Positions 1 to 7,688 of a stretch of DNA of 32,000 nucleotides are shown in pieces. The notes under the pieces were generated by a model that saw nothing but the letters and a program-made list of their open reading frames with translations, was not told the DNA's origin and made no database searches. This DNA is from Candidatus Hadarchaeales archaeon (GTDB lineage: Archaea; Hadarchaeota; Hadarchaeia; Hadarchaeales; Hadarchaeaceae), in assembly GCA_038823825.1 (NCBI GenBank), contig JAWBCC010000003.1:90001-122000 (forward strand). The letters run 5' to 3'. The translations under genes and the position numbers were made by a program. The stretch's first letter is position 1. Each line of letters begins with the position of its first letter.

Positions 1-996
1 GAGGGAGAAATCTACACACCAAGGGAGGTCATAAAACTGCTCGTTGAGATTTTGAATCCGAAATCTGGAGAATCTGTTTATGATCCAGCGTGCGGATCGG
101 GTGGAATGCTCATTTTGTCGTTCAAGAATGTGGAGGAAAAGGAGGGGAGGGAGGCAACCCGAAAGCTCTCCTTGTACGGACAGGAGGCAAACCGGGAGAT
201 TTTCGCTCTCTGCAAAATGAATATGTACATCCACGATATTAGGGATGTCAACATTGAGTGGGGTGATACGCTTCTCTATCCAAAGTTCATTGAGGGGAAC
301 AGGCCAAAGACTTTCGACGTTGTGATGGCGAATCCACCTTGGAATCAGGATGGTTATCACGAGGAGGTTCTGAAGAAGGGAGAGTTCTGGGGAGAGAGGT
401 TTGTCTACGGTTTCCCGCCCAAACAGTCTGCGGACTGGGCATGGATTCAGCATATGCTGGCTTCCGCCGACGGGAAAAACGGAAGGGTTGGGGTTGTTAT
501 AGACAACGGTTGTCTGTTCAGGGGAGGGAAGGAGCGGGCAATAAGGGAGAGGGTGCTGAGAGATGACCTGCTGGAGTGCGTGATCCTTCTGCCGGAGAAG
601 CTCTTTTATAACACCGGAGCCCCGGGAGCCATTCTGATTTTCCGTAAACATAAGCCAGCCGAGAGGAAGGGGAAGATCCTGTTCATTAACGCGAGCCAGG
701 AGTATGAGAAGCATCCAGAGGTGAGGAAGCTGAACAGGCTTGGGGAGGCAAACATAAGGAAGATCGCTGAGGCCTACAGGAACTTCAAGGATGTTGAGGG
801 TTTCGCCAGAGTGGTTTCGCTGGGGGAGGTGAGGGAGAACGATTACAATCTAAACGTCACGCTGTACGTCTTTCCGGAGGAGAAGGTCGAGGAGATAGAC
901 GTGGCGAAGGAGTGGGAGGAACTCCGCAAGATTGAGAAGGAAATTACAGAGGTTGAGGAGAAGATTCAGGGATATTTGAGGGAGGTTGGAGGTTAA
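1..996 (+). CDS. hsdM: Type I restriction-modification DNA methyltransferase subunit HsdM (5' end cut by the window)
   Basis: Frame 1 is open from base 1 (EGEIYTPREVIKLLVEILNP precedes the listed Met at 52). It has the AdoMet motif DPACGSGGML and the catalytic NPPW (MANPPWNQ) of N6-adenine methylases. It sits in an operon with hsdS and hsdR. Confidence 0.95.
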   Translation, partial: EGEIYTPREVIKLLVEILNPKSGESVYDPACGSGGMLILSFKNVEEKEGREATRKLSLYGQEANREIFALCKMNMYIHDIRDVNIEWGDTLLYPKFIEGNRPKTFDVVMANPPWNQDGYHEEVLKKGEFWGERFVYGFPPKQSADWAWIQHMLASADGKNGRVGVVIDNGCLFRGGKERAIRERVLRDDLLECVILLPEKLFYNTGAPGAILIFRKHKPAERKGKILFINASQEYEKHPEVRKLNRLGEANIRKIAEAYRNFKDVEGFARVVSLGEVRENDYNLNVTLYVFPEEKVEEIDVAKEWEELRKIEKEITEVEEKIQGYLREVGG

Positions 997-1000
997 ACAA

Positions 1001-1651
1001 ATGAAAAGATCAAATGATGAGATTCGCGAGTTAATTCTAAGAGAATTATATGAAGTTCACAAAAAAGCTAGGAGTCTAAAAGCCACGGGAAAAAGCATAA
1101 GCGAGTTGAAACGCCAACTTAAGAAGCAATATGGACTAAGTGAAAAAGAAATTGTGCCCAATCTTGATTTTTTAATCCAATGCGGTTGGGTAAAGGTAGA
1201 GAAAGAAACATCCGAGTTTAAAACTCCAAGAGGGTTTATAAAGAAACAGGAGAAAGGTATCTTCAAAATTTCAGATATGGGTATCAACTATTTTGAAGGA
1301 CAATCCAAATTCCAAAGGATAGAGAGATCGCTTGCTGGTATAAACATAACTAATATAGGTGGGGTCACAGTCTTAGGGGACGGAAATGTAGTTGTAAATG
1401 TAAACTATGTTGATTTATACAAAGAACTGTCTATGCTTTCAGAGATCATAAGAAAAAGTGATCAACTCAAAGATGTTGACAAATTAAACTACATCGCGGA
1501 AATTGAAACAATAAAATCCCAGTTGATGAAACCGGAACCTGACAAGAACATAATAAAGCAAGCTTGGGAAAAACTAAAGCCACTTGCAACTATTGCTGGC
1601 ATAGCTTCGTTTTTCGAGCGAGTTGTTAAATTAATGGGGGCATTGTTTTGA
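1001..1651 (+). CDS. Hypothetical protein embedded between hsdM and hsdS; N-terminal winged-helix-like region, helical C-terminal half, hydrophobic C-terminal tail
   Basis: ATG at 1001 lies 7 nt after GGAGGT (988-993) and 5 nt after the hsdM stop. The listed 986 start is a TTG inside hsdM. The stop overlaps the hsdS TTG start (TTGA at 1648-1651). The N-terminus (IRELILRELYEVHKK...SISELKRQL...LDFLIQCGWVKV) looks wHTH-like. The tail is LATIAGIASFFERVVKLMGALF. The gene is AT-rich (about 32% G+C in a hand-counted 60-nt line). I recognise no family. Confidence 0.7.
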   Translation: MKRSNDEIRELILRELYEVHKKARSLKATGKSISELKRQLKKQYGLSEKEIVPNLDFLIQCGWVKVEKETSEFKTPRGFIKKQEKGIFKISDMGINYFEGQSKFQRIERSLAGINITNIGGVTVLGDGNVVVNVNYVDLYKELSMLSEIIRKSDQLKDVDKLNYIAEIETIKSQLMKPEPDKNIIKQAWEKLKPLATIAGIASFFERVVKLMGALF

Positions 1652-2913
1652 AAACCGGTTACAAACAAACGCCAATCGGTAGTATCCCGAAGGAGTGGGA
1701 GGTTGTCAGGCTTGGGGATATTTCTAAGGTATCTTCGGGGAATACAGCACCGCAAGATAAAAAATATTTTGAAAATGGGAAATATCCTTTCATAAGAGTT
1801 CAGCACCTTAGTACATTGCTAGAAAATAAATATCCTATTATTTGCGATTTTGTAAATGACTTGGCTGTTGAGGAACTCAAATTGAAAAAATTCAAGAAAG
1901 GTTCTATAATATTTCCGAAAAGCGGGGAGTCTATAAGGCTTGAAAAAAGGGCGATACTAAGAGAGGATTCCTATGTGGTAAACCACTTAGTTGTTGTCGA
2001 AGTTTTTTCAAATAACGTAGATACAAACTTTTTATATTATTATTTGTCAAGCCTCAGAACAAGTAGTTACCTTTCTAAAACTACAATGCCATCACTCAAT
2101 CTTTCAGTCATTAAATCATTTTTAATCCCCCTCCCACCCCTCCCCGAGCAACGTAAGATCGCCGAGATCCTCTCAACAGTCGACCAAGCCATCCAGAAGG
2201 TGGACGAAGCCATAGCCCGGACTGAGAGGTTGAAGCGTGGGCTGATGCAGAGGCTGCTCACCCGGGGTATAGGGCACAGGGAGTTCAAGGACACGGAGAT
2301 AGGGAGGATTCCGAGGAAGTGGGAGGTTGTCAGGCTTGGAGACAAAAAAATTACAGAAGAACTTTTCTACGGTATAACCGCTAAAGCTGTCGATAAGGAT
2401 ACTGGAGTAAAAATGTTGAGAACTACGGATATCAAAGAGTATTCTGTGGACTGGGAAAAACTTCCTTTTTGTGAAATCACTGAAAGGAGGGGTAACTTAA
2501 CTAGATATCTTCTGAAGAAAGGAGACCTGATTGTAGCAAGGGCTGGAACTGTGGGCGTTTCTATTCTTGTGGATAGAGATTTTGACAACGTGATTTTCGG
2601 ATCATATCTGATAAAAGTGAAGCTAAAACCAAGCATACATCCAAAATTTGTTCACTATTTCTTCCAATCCTCACTTTATTGGAAACACCTGCAAAAGGCT
2701 CAAGGAAGTACTTTAAAAAACGTAAACCTGCCTTTGTTAAAATCTCTCAAGATCCCCCTCCCACCCCTCCCCGAGCAGCGCAAGATCGCCGAGATCTTCT
2801 CAATCGTCGACAAAAAGCTCGAACTCGAAAGAAAAAGGAAGGAAAAACTCGAGCGGATCAAGAGGGGTCTGATGAACGATTTGCTCACCGGGAAAAAGAG
2901 GGTGAAGATATGA
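1648..2913 (+). CDS. hsdS: Type I restriction-modification specificity subunit HsdS (two target-recognition domains)
   Basis: The architecture is duplicated. Each half opens with IP(K/R)(E/K)WEVVRLGD and ends with the conserved spacer LPPLPEQRKIAEI(L/F)S(T/I)VD followed by a coiled coil (RLKRGLMQRLLT and RIKRGLMNDLLT). The TTG start overlaps the upstream stop. Confidence 0.95.
   Translation: MKTGYKQTPIGSIPKEWEVVRLGDISKVSSGNTAPQDKKYFENGKYPFIRVQHLSTLLENKYPIICDFVNDLAVEELKLKKFKKGSIIFPKSGESIRLEKRAILREDSYVVNHLVVVEVFSNNVDTNFLYYYLSSLRTSSYLSKTTMPSLNLSVIKSFLIPLPPLPEQRKIAEILSTVDQAIQKVDEAIARTERLKRGLMQRLLTRGIGHREFKDTEIGRIPRKWEVVRLGDKKITEELFYGITAKAVDKDTGVKMLRTTDIKEYSVDWEKLPFCEITERRGNLTRYLLKKGDLIVARAGTVGVSILVDRDFDNVIFGSYLIKVKLKPSIHPKFVHYFFQSSLYWKHLQKAQGSTLKNVNLPLLKSLKIPLPPLPEQRKIAEIFSIVDKKLELERKRKEKLERIKRGLMNDLLTGKKRVKI
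2125..2184 (+). repeat. hsdS internal direct repeat, copy 1 (central conserved region)
   Basis: ATCCCCCTCCCACCCCTCCCCGAGCAACGTAAGATCGCCGAGATCCTCTCAACAGTCGAC matches 2752-2811 at 55 of 60 positions by eye. Confidence 0.9.
2752..2811 (+). repeat. hsdS internal direct repeat, copy 2 (distal conserved region)
   Basis: ATCCCCCTCCCACCCCTCCCCGAGCAGCGCAAGATCGCCGAGATCTTCTCAATCGTCGAC is the partner of 2125-2184. Confidence 0.9.
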
Positions 2914-3884
2914 TTGACCAACATTTGGAAAAAGAAAGAGTGATCGTGGACGAAAAATTAAAACAAAATGAAGAGACCAAAGTATACGAAATTTTTCGTG
3001 AAGTTATGAAGAGTTATCTCGGAGTAGAAATAGAAAAAGAAAAGGCAGGACGAATTTTAGAATTTTTCATGACAGTAATGTATAACTTGACTTTGAATCC
3101 AAGCGCCATCGTTAGAGGGTACTACCTTTGCGCAGAGCAAGATTATGAAGCCGCTAAGTTATTGAGTAAAAAATTTCCCTCCCTCGCCGTTTTTCATTTA
3201 CAACAGACCGTAGAAAAAATAACTAAAGCTTACGCGCTCCACATGGGATTGATAAAAGAAGAAGAATCGTATAAAAAACGAGGAAATAAAGTCGGGACCG
3301 AAGTTGTTGGTCATATCTCACCTAAGGCTTTTATTTTGTTGTTGAAGAAAAGAGGCGCTGCAGAATTCGTCGATACGGTTTTTCTTGCATGTCCAGAAAT
3401 TCCCAAAATAACTGTTAAAGAAGTTCTTCAAAAATTCGAAAAATTACTACAAAAAACGGATGAATTGGCAAAACTCTCAAAAAATGAAATAAACCATTTT
3501 ATAAAAAGATGCGAAGACATCCAAGACGCCATTAGAAAAATTGACATCAGGAAAACAAGGGAAAATTTCAAACGCCTCAAAGTAGGGTTTATTGCAAGAC
3601 TAAGATCTGCGGTTTCACCAGAGATAGTTGAAGATATCAAGAAAAAATTTAACGCGATAGAAAGGAAGATCGGTTCAATAATCAATGAACTTCTAACGTT
3701 TTCGCAACTATATGCTCTGGCGATAATCACCTTTCCGCACTTCTCCTACAGTCGATACCCTGGAGGCAAAATAACATTTGCTGACTATCACGAAGGGCTG
3801 GGTATAGTAGATTCTCTCGATGATATTTTGATCTCTATCGGTTCTATTATGAAAAGTCTAGAAAAAATTTGTGCGAGAGGGTGA
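2910..3884 (+). CDS. HEPN-like protein with a large helical insertion, embedded between hsdS and hsdR
   Basis: ATG at 2910 overlaps the hsdS stop (ATGA) and follows GAGGGTGA (2896-2903). The stop lies 2 nt before the hsdR ATG. The N-terminal helices AEQDYEAAKLLSKKFPSLAVFHLQQTVEKITKAYAL resemble the HEPN helix pair. The C-terminal FSYSRYPGGKITFADY resembles the HEPN (s)RYP(d/g) element. About 170 residues separate the two. The gene is AT-rich (about 28% G+C in a hand-counted line). The listed 2679 start is an out-of-frame read of hsdS. Confidence 0.7.
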   Translation: MIDQHLEKERVIVDEKLKQNEETKVYEIFREVMKSYLGVEIEKEKAGRILEFFMTVMYNLTLNPSAIVRGYYLCAEQDYEAAKLLSKKFPSLAVFHLQQTVEKITKAYALHMGLIKEEESYKKRGNKVGTEVVGHISPKAFILLLKKRGAAEFVDTVFLACPEIPKITVKEVLQKFEKLLQKTDELAKLSKNEINHFIKRCEDIQDAIRKIDIRKTRENFKRLKVGFIARLRSAVSPEIVEDIKKKFNAIERKIGSIINELLTFSQLYALAIITFPHFSYSRYPGGKITFADYHEGLGIVDSLDDILISIGSIMKSLEKICARG

Positions 3885-3886
3885 AA

Positions 3887-6800
3887 ATGCCAATCTTTAC
3901 CGAAAAATCCACTGTTGAAAGCTACATCATAGAAAAGCTGAAGGAAAAAGGCTGGAAGCATGTTCCCGGAGAAGAATTAGAGCGAGAAGACTACTCCGAA
4001 CCGCTTTTGGTGAGGCATCTTCTTGAAGCAATCCACAGAATAAACCCCCACCTAACCCTGACAAAAAAGGATCTGGACAGAATTCTGCTAGAACTCAGGA
4101 GCCTTCCATCCACATTTGATGGTTCCAAGCGACTGCTCAAGTTCCTAAAAGAAGGAATCCCAATAGAACTGGAAAAAACAGGAGAACTCAGATATGTCTC
4201 TCTGCTCGATTACGAAAACCCAAAGGAGAAAAACGAGTTCATCGTAAGCGACCAAGTACCTTTCCACGGGCCTAAAGAAAGATGTAGACTTGACATAGTC
4301 CTCTACGTAAACGGAATCCCGCTTGTAGCAATAGAGTGCAAAAACCCGACCGACCCGACCAGAGACTGGGAAACTGCCTATAAACAGATAAAATCTTACG
4401 AAAAGGCTGTCCCAGAACTCTTCAAGTATGTCCAGTTCAGCATAGCCGCCGCCGCGACCACCAGATATTTCCCGAACGTCTTAGGAGCCGAGGATGTCAA
4501 AATCTACTTCCCTAAAGGGAAAGATACTCCCGAGTCCCTGGATCGAACACTTGACCTCCTCCTAAATCCAGACGCTCTCCTCGATCTTGTTGCAAACTTC
4601 ATTTTCGCGAGGGAAGAGCATGGAAAGTTCACAAAAGTTTTGCCCTACTACTACCAGTACGAAGGCGCCAACCAAATCTACCAAAGAGTCCTTAACAACC
4701 TGTCTGAGAAGGAAAAAAAAGAGAAGGGGTTGATCTGGCATTGGCAGGGTTCCGGAAAAACCCTCACGATGATTTACGCCGCCCGTAAACTTTACCTTTG
4801 CCCCCTGCTTGAAAACCCCACCATCTTCTTCGTCGTCGACAGAGAGGAGCTTGAGGAGCAACTGTTTAAAGAATTTTCTTTCTTAGACCTCGGCATACCC
4901 TCACCTGAGGTCATTTCTTCGATCGAGCACCTCCGTCAGATTCTGACCTATGACGAGGGAAGAGGAAAGAGGGGGATGTTCATCACTCTCATTCACAAGT
5001 TCGGCGAAAAGCTTGCCGATCTCGTTTTTGAGGACAAGGACATGAAAAACATTTCAAACAGGAGAAACGTCATCGTTTTAATAGACGAGGGACATCGGAC
5101 GCAGTACGGAGAGTATGCCGGCCGTATGCGAGGCATACTCAAGAAAGCTTTCTTCTTCGCTTTCACGGGAACTCCTTTCTCCACGAAAAAGAGAGATACC
5201 TTCGCCGCTTTTGCTTATCCCGAGGAGGGCGAACTCTATCTTCACAAATATTTTGTCCGAGAATCAATTGAAGACGGTTTTACCCTCCCCATTGTTTTCC
5301 AGACTAGGATGGAAAAAGAGGTCGGCCTAGAAAAAGAACTACTGGAAGAGTTTTTGGAGCAAGAGCTGGAGGAAATCACCGAAGAATCCCTCCGCCTCGC
5401 CCTAGAAGGAAAAATCAGCAGACGATTGACCCAGATCGTTGTATTCTTTGAGAATCCAGAAAGAATAGAAAAGATTGCCAGCGATATCGCCACTCATTTC
5501 AAGGAAAACGTGGACGGAAAGTTCAAAGGCATGGTTGTGGCGGCTTCAAGAAAAGCGTGCATCTATTATAAGGAGGCTCTCGATCGGCTGCTGGGACCGG
5601 AATACTCCGAGATTGTTATGACGTTCAATCCTCGCACGGACCCCGAACCGATCAAATCCTATTACGAAAAGTTGAGGCAGAAATATCATGGCAAGGAGAT
5701 TGAGGAAATCTGGGATGAGATAATCGAGAAGTTCAAAGAAAGGGAATATCCGAAAATTTTAATCGTCACGGACAAACTTCTGACAGGTTTTGATGCTCCA
5801 ATTCTCCAAGTGATGTATCTAGACAAGCCGCTGAAGGAACATAGGCTTCTTCAAGCAATAGCAAGAACCAATCGTCCATTCAAAGAACTAAAACCAGCGG
5901 GTCTCATCATAGACTATGTCGGAATTCTCAAAGAATTCGAAAAAGCCGTGGCCATTTACGAAAAGCAGGATATTCAGTACGTAGGCTTCAAGCCGGAAGA
6001 AAAGATAGATGAGCTTCGAAAGCTTATCAGCGATGCGGAGGAGACCCTTGAGGGTGTGGATAAAACAAAAACCGATTTTGAAACTCTTAAAGCCGCAGCA
6101 AAACTGCTCTTTCATTATCCAGAAAAGCAGAGAAAATTCTCCCAAACGTACAAACAGGCTAGAAATCTTTACGAGTTTCTTCTCCCCTTCGGGCTGGACA
6201 AGAAGACTGTGGAGAGATTCAAATGGCTGGCCGCAGTCTACAACTTTCATCGCCAATGGGTGGAGCAGGAGAAGTCAGAGGAAATGGAAGAAAACTTTAG
6301 AAAATTCTATCCAAGAGTTGTTGAGCGCGTTCACAAGGCCATCCAAATAGAAATGAAAGAAGAGTTTCCAAGTTTAACGCTTGATAAAGAATATCTTGAA
6401 CGGTTGGGCAGATTGGGTTTAGAAGACCAAGTTTATAACATGGTTTTCGGTCTAAACAAATATATCCGCGTAGACCGTCCGTTCAGTCCTATTTATGAAC
6501 CAATCGCCAAACGCGTGGAAAAACTAGTTGAAAGGTGGCGAAACAAAAAGATTTCGGTCGAGGAGGCTTATAACGAAGCAGTTTCCATTTTGCAGGAAAC
6601 GAGAAAAACCGAGGAGAGAATAAAAACGCTCGGATTCTCAGAGCCAGAATACTTCATTCTCAAAGTTCTTGAAAAGGAACTGGGAGAATCTGAGGATCTA
6701 GTCCAAGAAGTCCGGAGTCTCTGGAGAAAATGGGAGAAGACTGGAAAAATATTCCCAGGATGGACTCGAAAAATGAGTATCCTAAAGGAACTCGTGCGAG

Positions 6801-6895
6801 ATATAAGAATGTTCATGGTAAAGAAAGGTATCCCACTTAAAAGGAGGGAAGAGCTCTGTGAGGAGATCATCAACGGACTCAAGGCCACTTCATAA
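3887..6895 (+). CDS. hsdR: Type I restriction enzyme endonuclease/translocase subunit HsdR
   Basis: PD-(D/E)xK-type nuclease motif DIVLYVNGIPLVAIECK. SF2 helicase motifs WQGSGKT (I), DEGHR (II), TGTP (III) and QAIARTNR (VI). ATG 3887 follows GAGGGTGA. Confidence 0.95.
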   Translation: MPIFTEKSTVESYIIEKLKEKGWKHVPGEELEREDYSEPLLVRHLLEAIHRINPHLTLTKKDLDRILLELRSLPSTFDGSKRLLKFLKEGIPIELEKTGELRYVSLLDYENPKEKNEFIVSDQVPFHGPKERCRLDIVLYVNGIPLVAIECKNPTDPTRDWETAYKQIKSYEKAVPELFKYVQFSIAAAATTRYFPNVLGAEDVKIYFPKGKDTPESLDRTLDLLLNPDALLDLVANFIFAREEHGKFTKVLPYYYQYEGANQIYQRVLNNLSEKEKKEKGLIWHWQGSGKTLTMIYAARKLYLCPLLENPTIFFVVDREELEEQLFKEFSFLDLGIPSPEVISSIEHLRQILTYDEGRGKRGMFITLIHKFGEKLADLVFEDKDMKNISNRRNVIVLIDEGHRTQYGEYAGRMRGILKKAFFFAFTGTPFSTKKRDTFAAFAYPEEGELYLHKYFVRESIEDGFTLPIVFQTRMEKEVGLEKELLEEFLEQELEEITEESLRLALEGKISRRLTQIVVFFENPERIEKIASDIATHFKENVDGKFKGMVVAASRKACIYYKEALDRLLGPEYSEIVMTFNPRTDPEPIKSYYEKLRQKYHGKEIEEIWDEIIEKFKEREYPKILIVTDKLLTGFDAPILQVMYLDKPLKEHRLLQAIARTNRPFKELKPAGLIIDYVGILKEFEKAVAIYEKQDIQYVGFKPEEKIDELRKLISDAEETLEGVDKTKTDFETLKAAAKLLFHYPEKQRKFSQTYKQARNLYEFLLPFGLDKKTVERFKWLAAVYNFHRQWVEQEKSEEMEENFRKFYPRVVERVHKAIQIEMKEEFPSLTLDKEYLERLGRLGLEDQVYNMVFGLNKYIRVDRPFSPIYEPIAKRVEKLVERWRNKKISVEEAYNEAVSILQETRKTEERIKTLGFSEPEYFILKVLEKELGESEDLVQEVRSLWRKWEKTGKIFPGWTRKMSILKELVRDIRMFMVKKGIPLKRREELCEEIINGLKATS

Positions 6896-7619
6896 AGTGC
6901 TGAGGATAGAAGGAGAAAGCATACCTTATACTGTCGAATGGAGGAAAGTGAAATATCCGCGTTTGGAACTGAAAACCGGGAAGCTAAAGATAATTCTTCC
7001 AAAAGGAGTAAAGGACGAAACACCCATTCTGGAAAGAAATCTCCAGTGGATACTTAAAAGGCATGAAGAAATCAAGAGGGCAAAGGAGAACATAGCAAAC
7101 TCCTTGAGCGGAAATGGGATTCTCATCTTCGGCTCTTTCTATAAAGTCGAGCCGGGCATACCCCTCGTCATTTTCCTGAACGGGATACAGAAAAAGTTCG
7201 ACCTGATGAAAGAAAGAGACCAGGTTAAACTAAGAAACTTTCTAAAAAAGATTCTGAGAGAGGAGCTGAGGAAGTTAGTGAACCACTATTCATCAAAATT
7301 TGGTCTGAGATTCGGAAGAATATACATAAGAAACCAGAAAACAAAATGGGCAAGTTGTTCCTCCTCGGGTAACCTGAGCTTTAACTTCCGGCTTGTTCAC
7401 GTACCATATGATATTTTAAAGTATGTTGTCTGTCATGAGGTTCTTCACCTAGCTGAAAAAGGTCATTCGAAAAAATTCTGGGAAAAAATCAGAGAGGAGT
7501 TTCCAAACTACAAAGAGATGGAGAAAAAACTTTTCGAATACTGGTTTTTCACGATGGATTCCCAATTTCCAGATATTCGTTTTATTGGAAAGCGAAAAAC
7601 CTCAAGAAATTTGGAATGA
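6858..7619 (+). CDS. DUF45/YgjP-like (WLM-type) zinc metallohydrolase
   Basis: HExxH motif in VVCHEVLHLAEKGHSKKFW. GTG 6858 is preceded by GGAGGG (6843-6848) and overlaps the hsdR 3' end by 38 nt. COG1451-type proteins are commonly found next to hsdR. Confidence 0.85.
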   Translation: MRRSSTDSRPLHKVLRIEGESIPYTVEWRKVKYPRLELKTGKLKIILPKGVKDETPILERNLQWILKRHEEIKRAKENIANSLSGNGILIFGSFYKVEPGIPLVIFLNGIQKKFDLMKERDQVKLRNFLKKILREELRKLVNHYSSKFGLRFGRIYIRNQKTKWASCSSSGNLSFNFRLVHVPYDILKYVVCHEVLHLAEKGHSKKFWEKIREEFPNYKEMEKKLFEYWFFTMDSQFPDIRFIGKRKTSRNLE

Positions 7620-7643
7620 AAAAGACAGAGAAACCTTCAAACA

Positions 7644-7680
7644 TTAGGCAAACCTAACTTTTTATGTTAGGCTCACCTAA
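7644..7680 (+). promoter_or_regulatory. Putative autoregulated promoter: two DtxR-type operators flanking a TATA box
   Basis: TTAGGCAAACCTAA (7644-7657) and TTAGGCTCACCTAA (7667-7680) are each TTAGG-N4-CCTAA inverted repeats. TTTTTAT (7659-7665) lies between them, and the ATG at 7689 is 24 nt downstream, a leaderless-type spacing. TTAGG...CCTAA are the outer arms of the DtxR/IdeR box consensus. Confidence 0.6.
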
Positions 7681-7688
7681 TTTTCTCG

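Noticed and set aside
339-566. Small internal or alternate-frame ORFs inside hsdM and other genes (for example 339-566, 5115-5330, 6009-6350, 9340-9651 and 9871-10311)
   Set aside because: They are embedded in strongly supported genes, with biased low-complexity products.
2679-2909. Upstream 77 codons of the listed 2679-3884 ORF
   Set aside because: This part is an alternative-frame read of the conserved hsdS 3' region (PPPTPPRAAQDRRD...). A well-placed ATG with GAGGGTGA at 2910 overlaps the hsdS stop.
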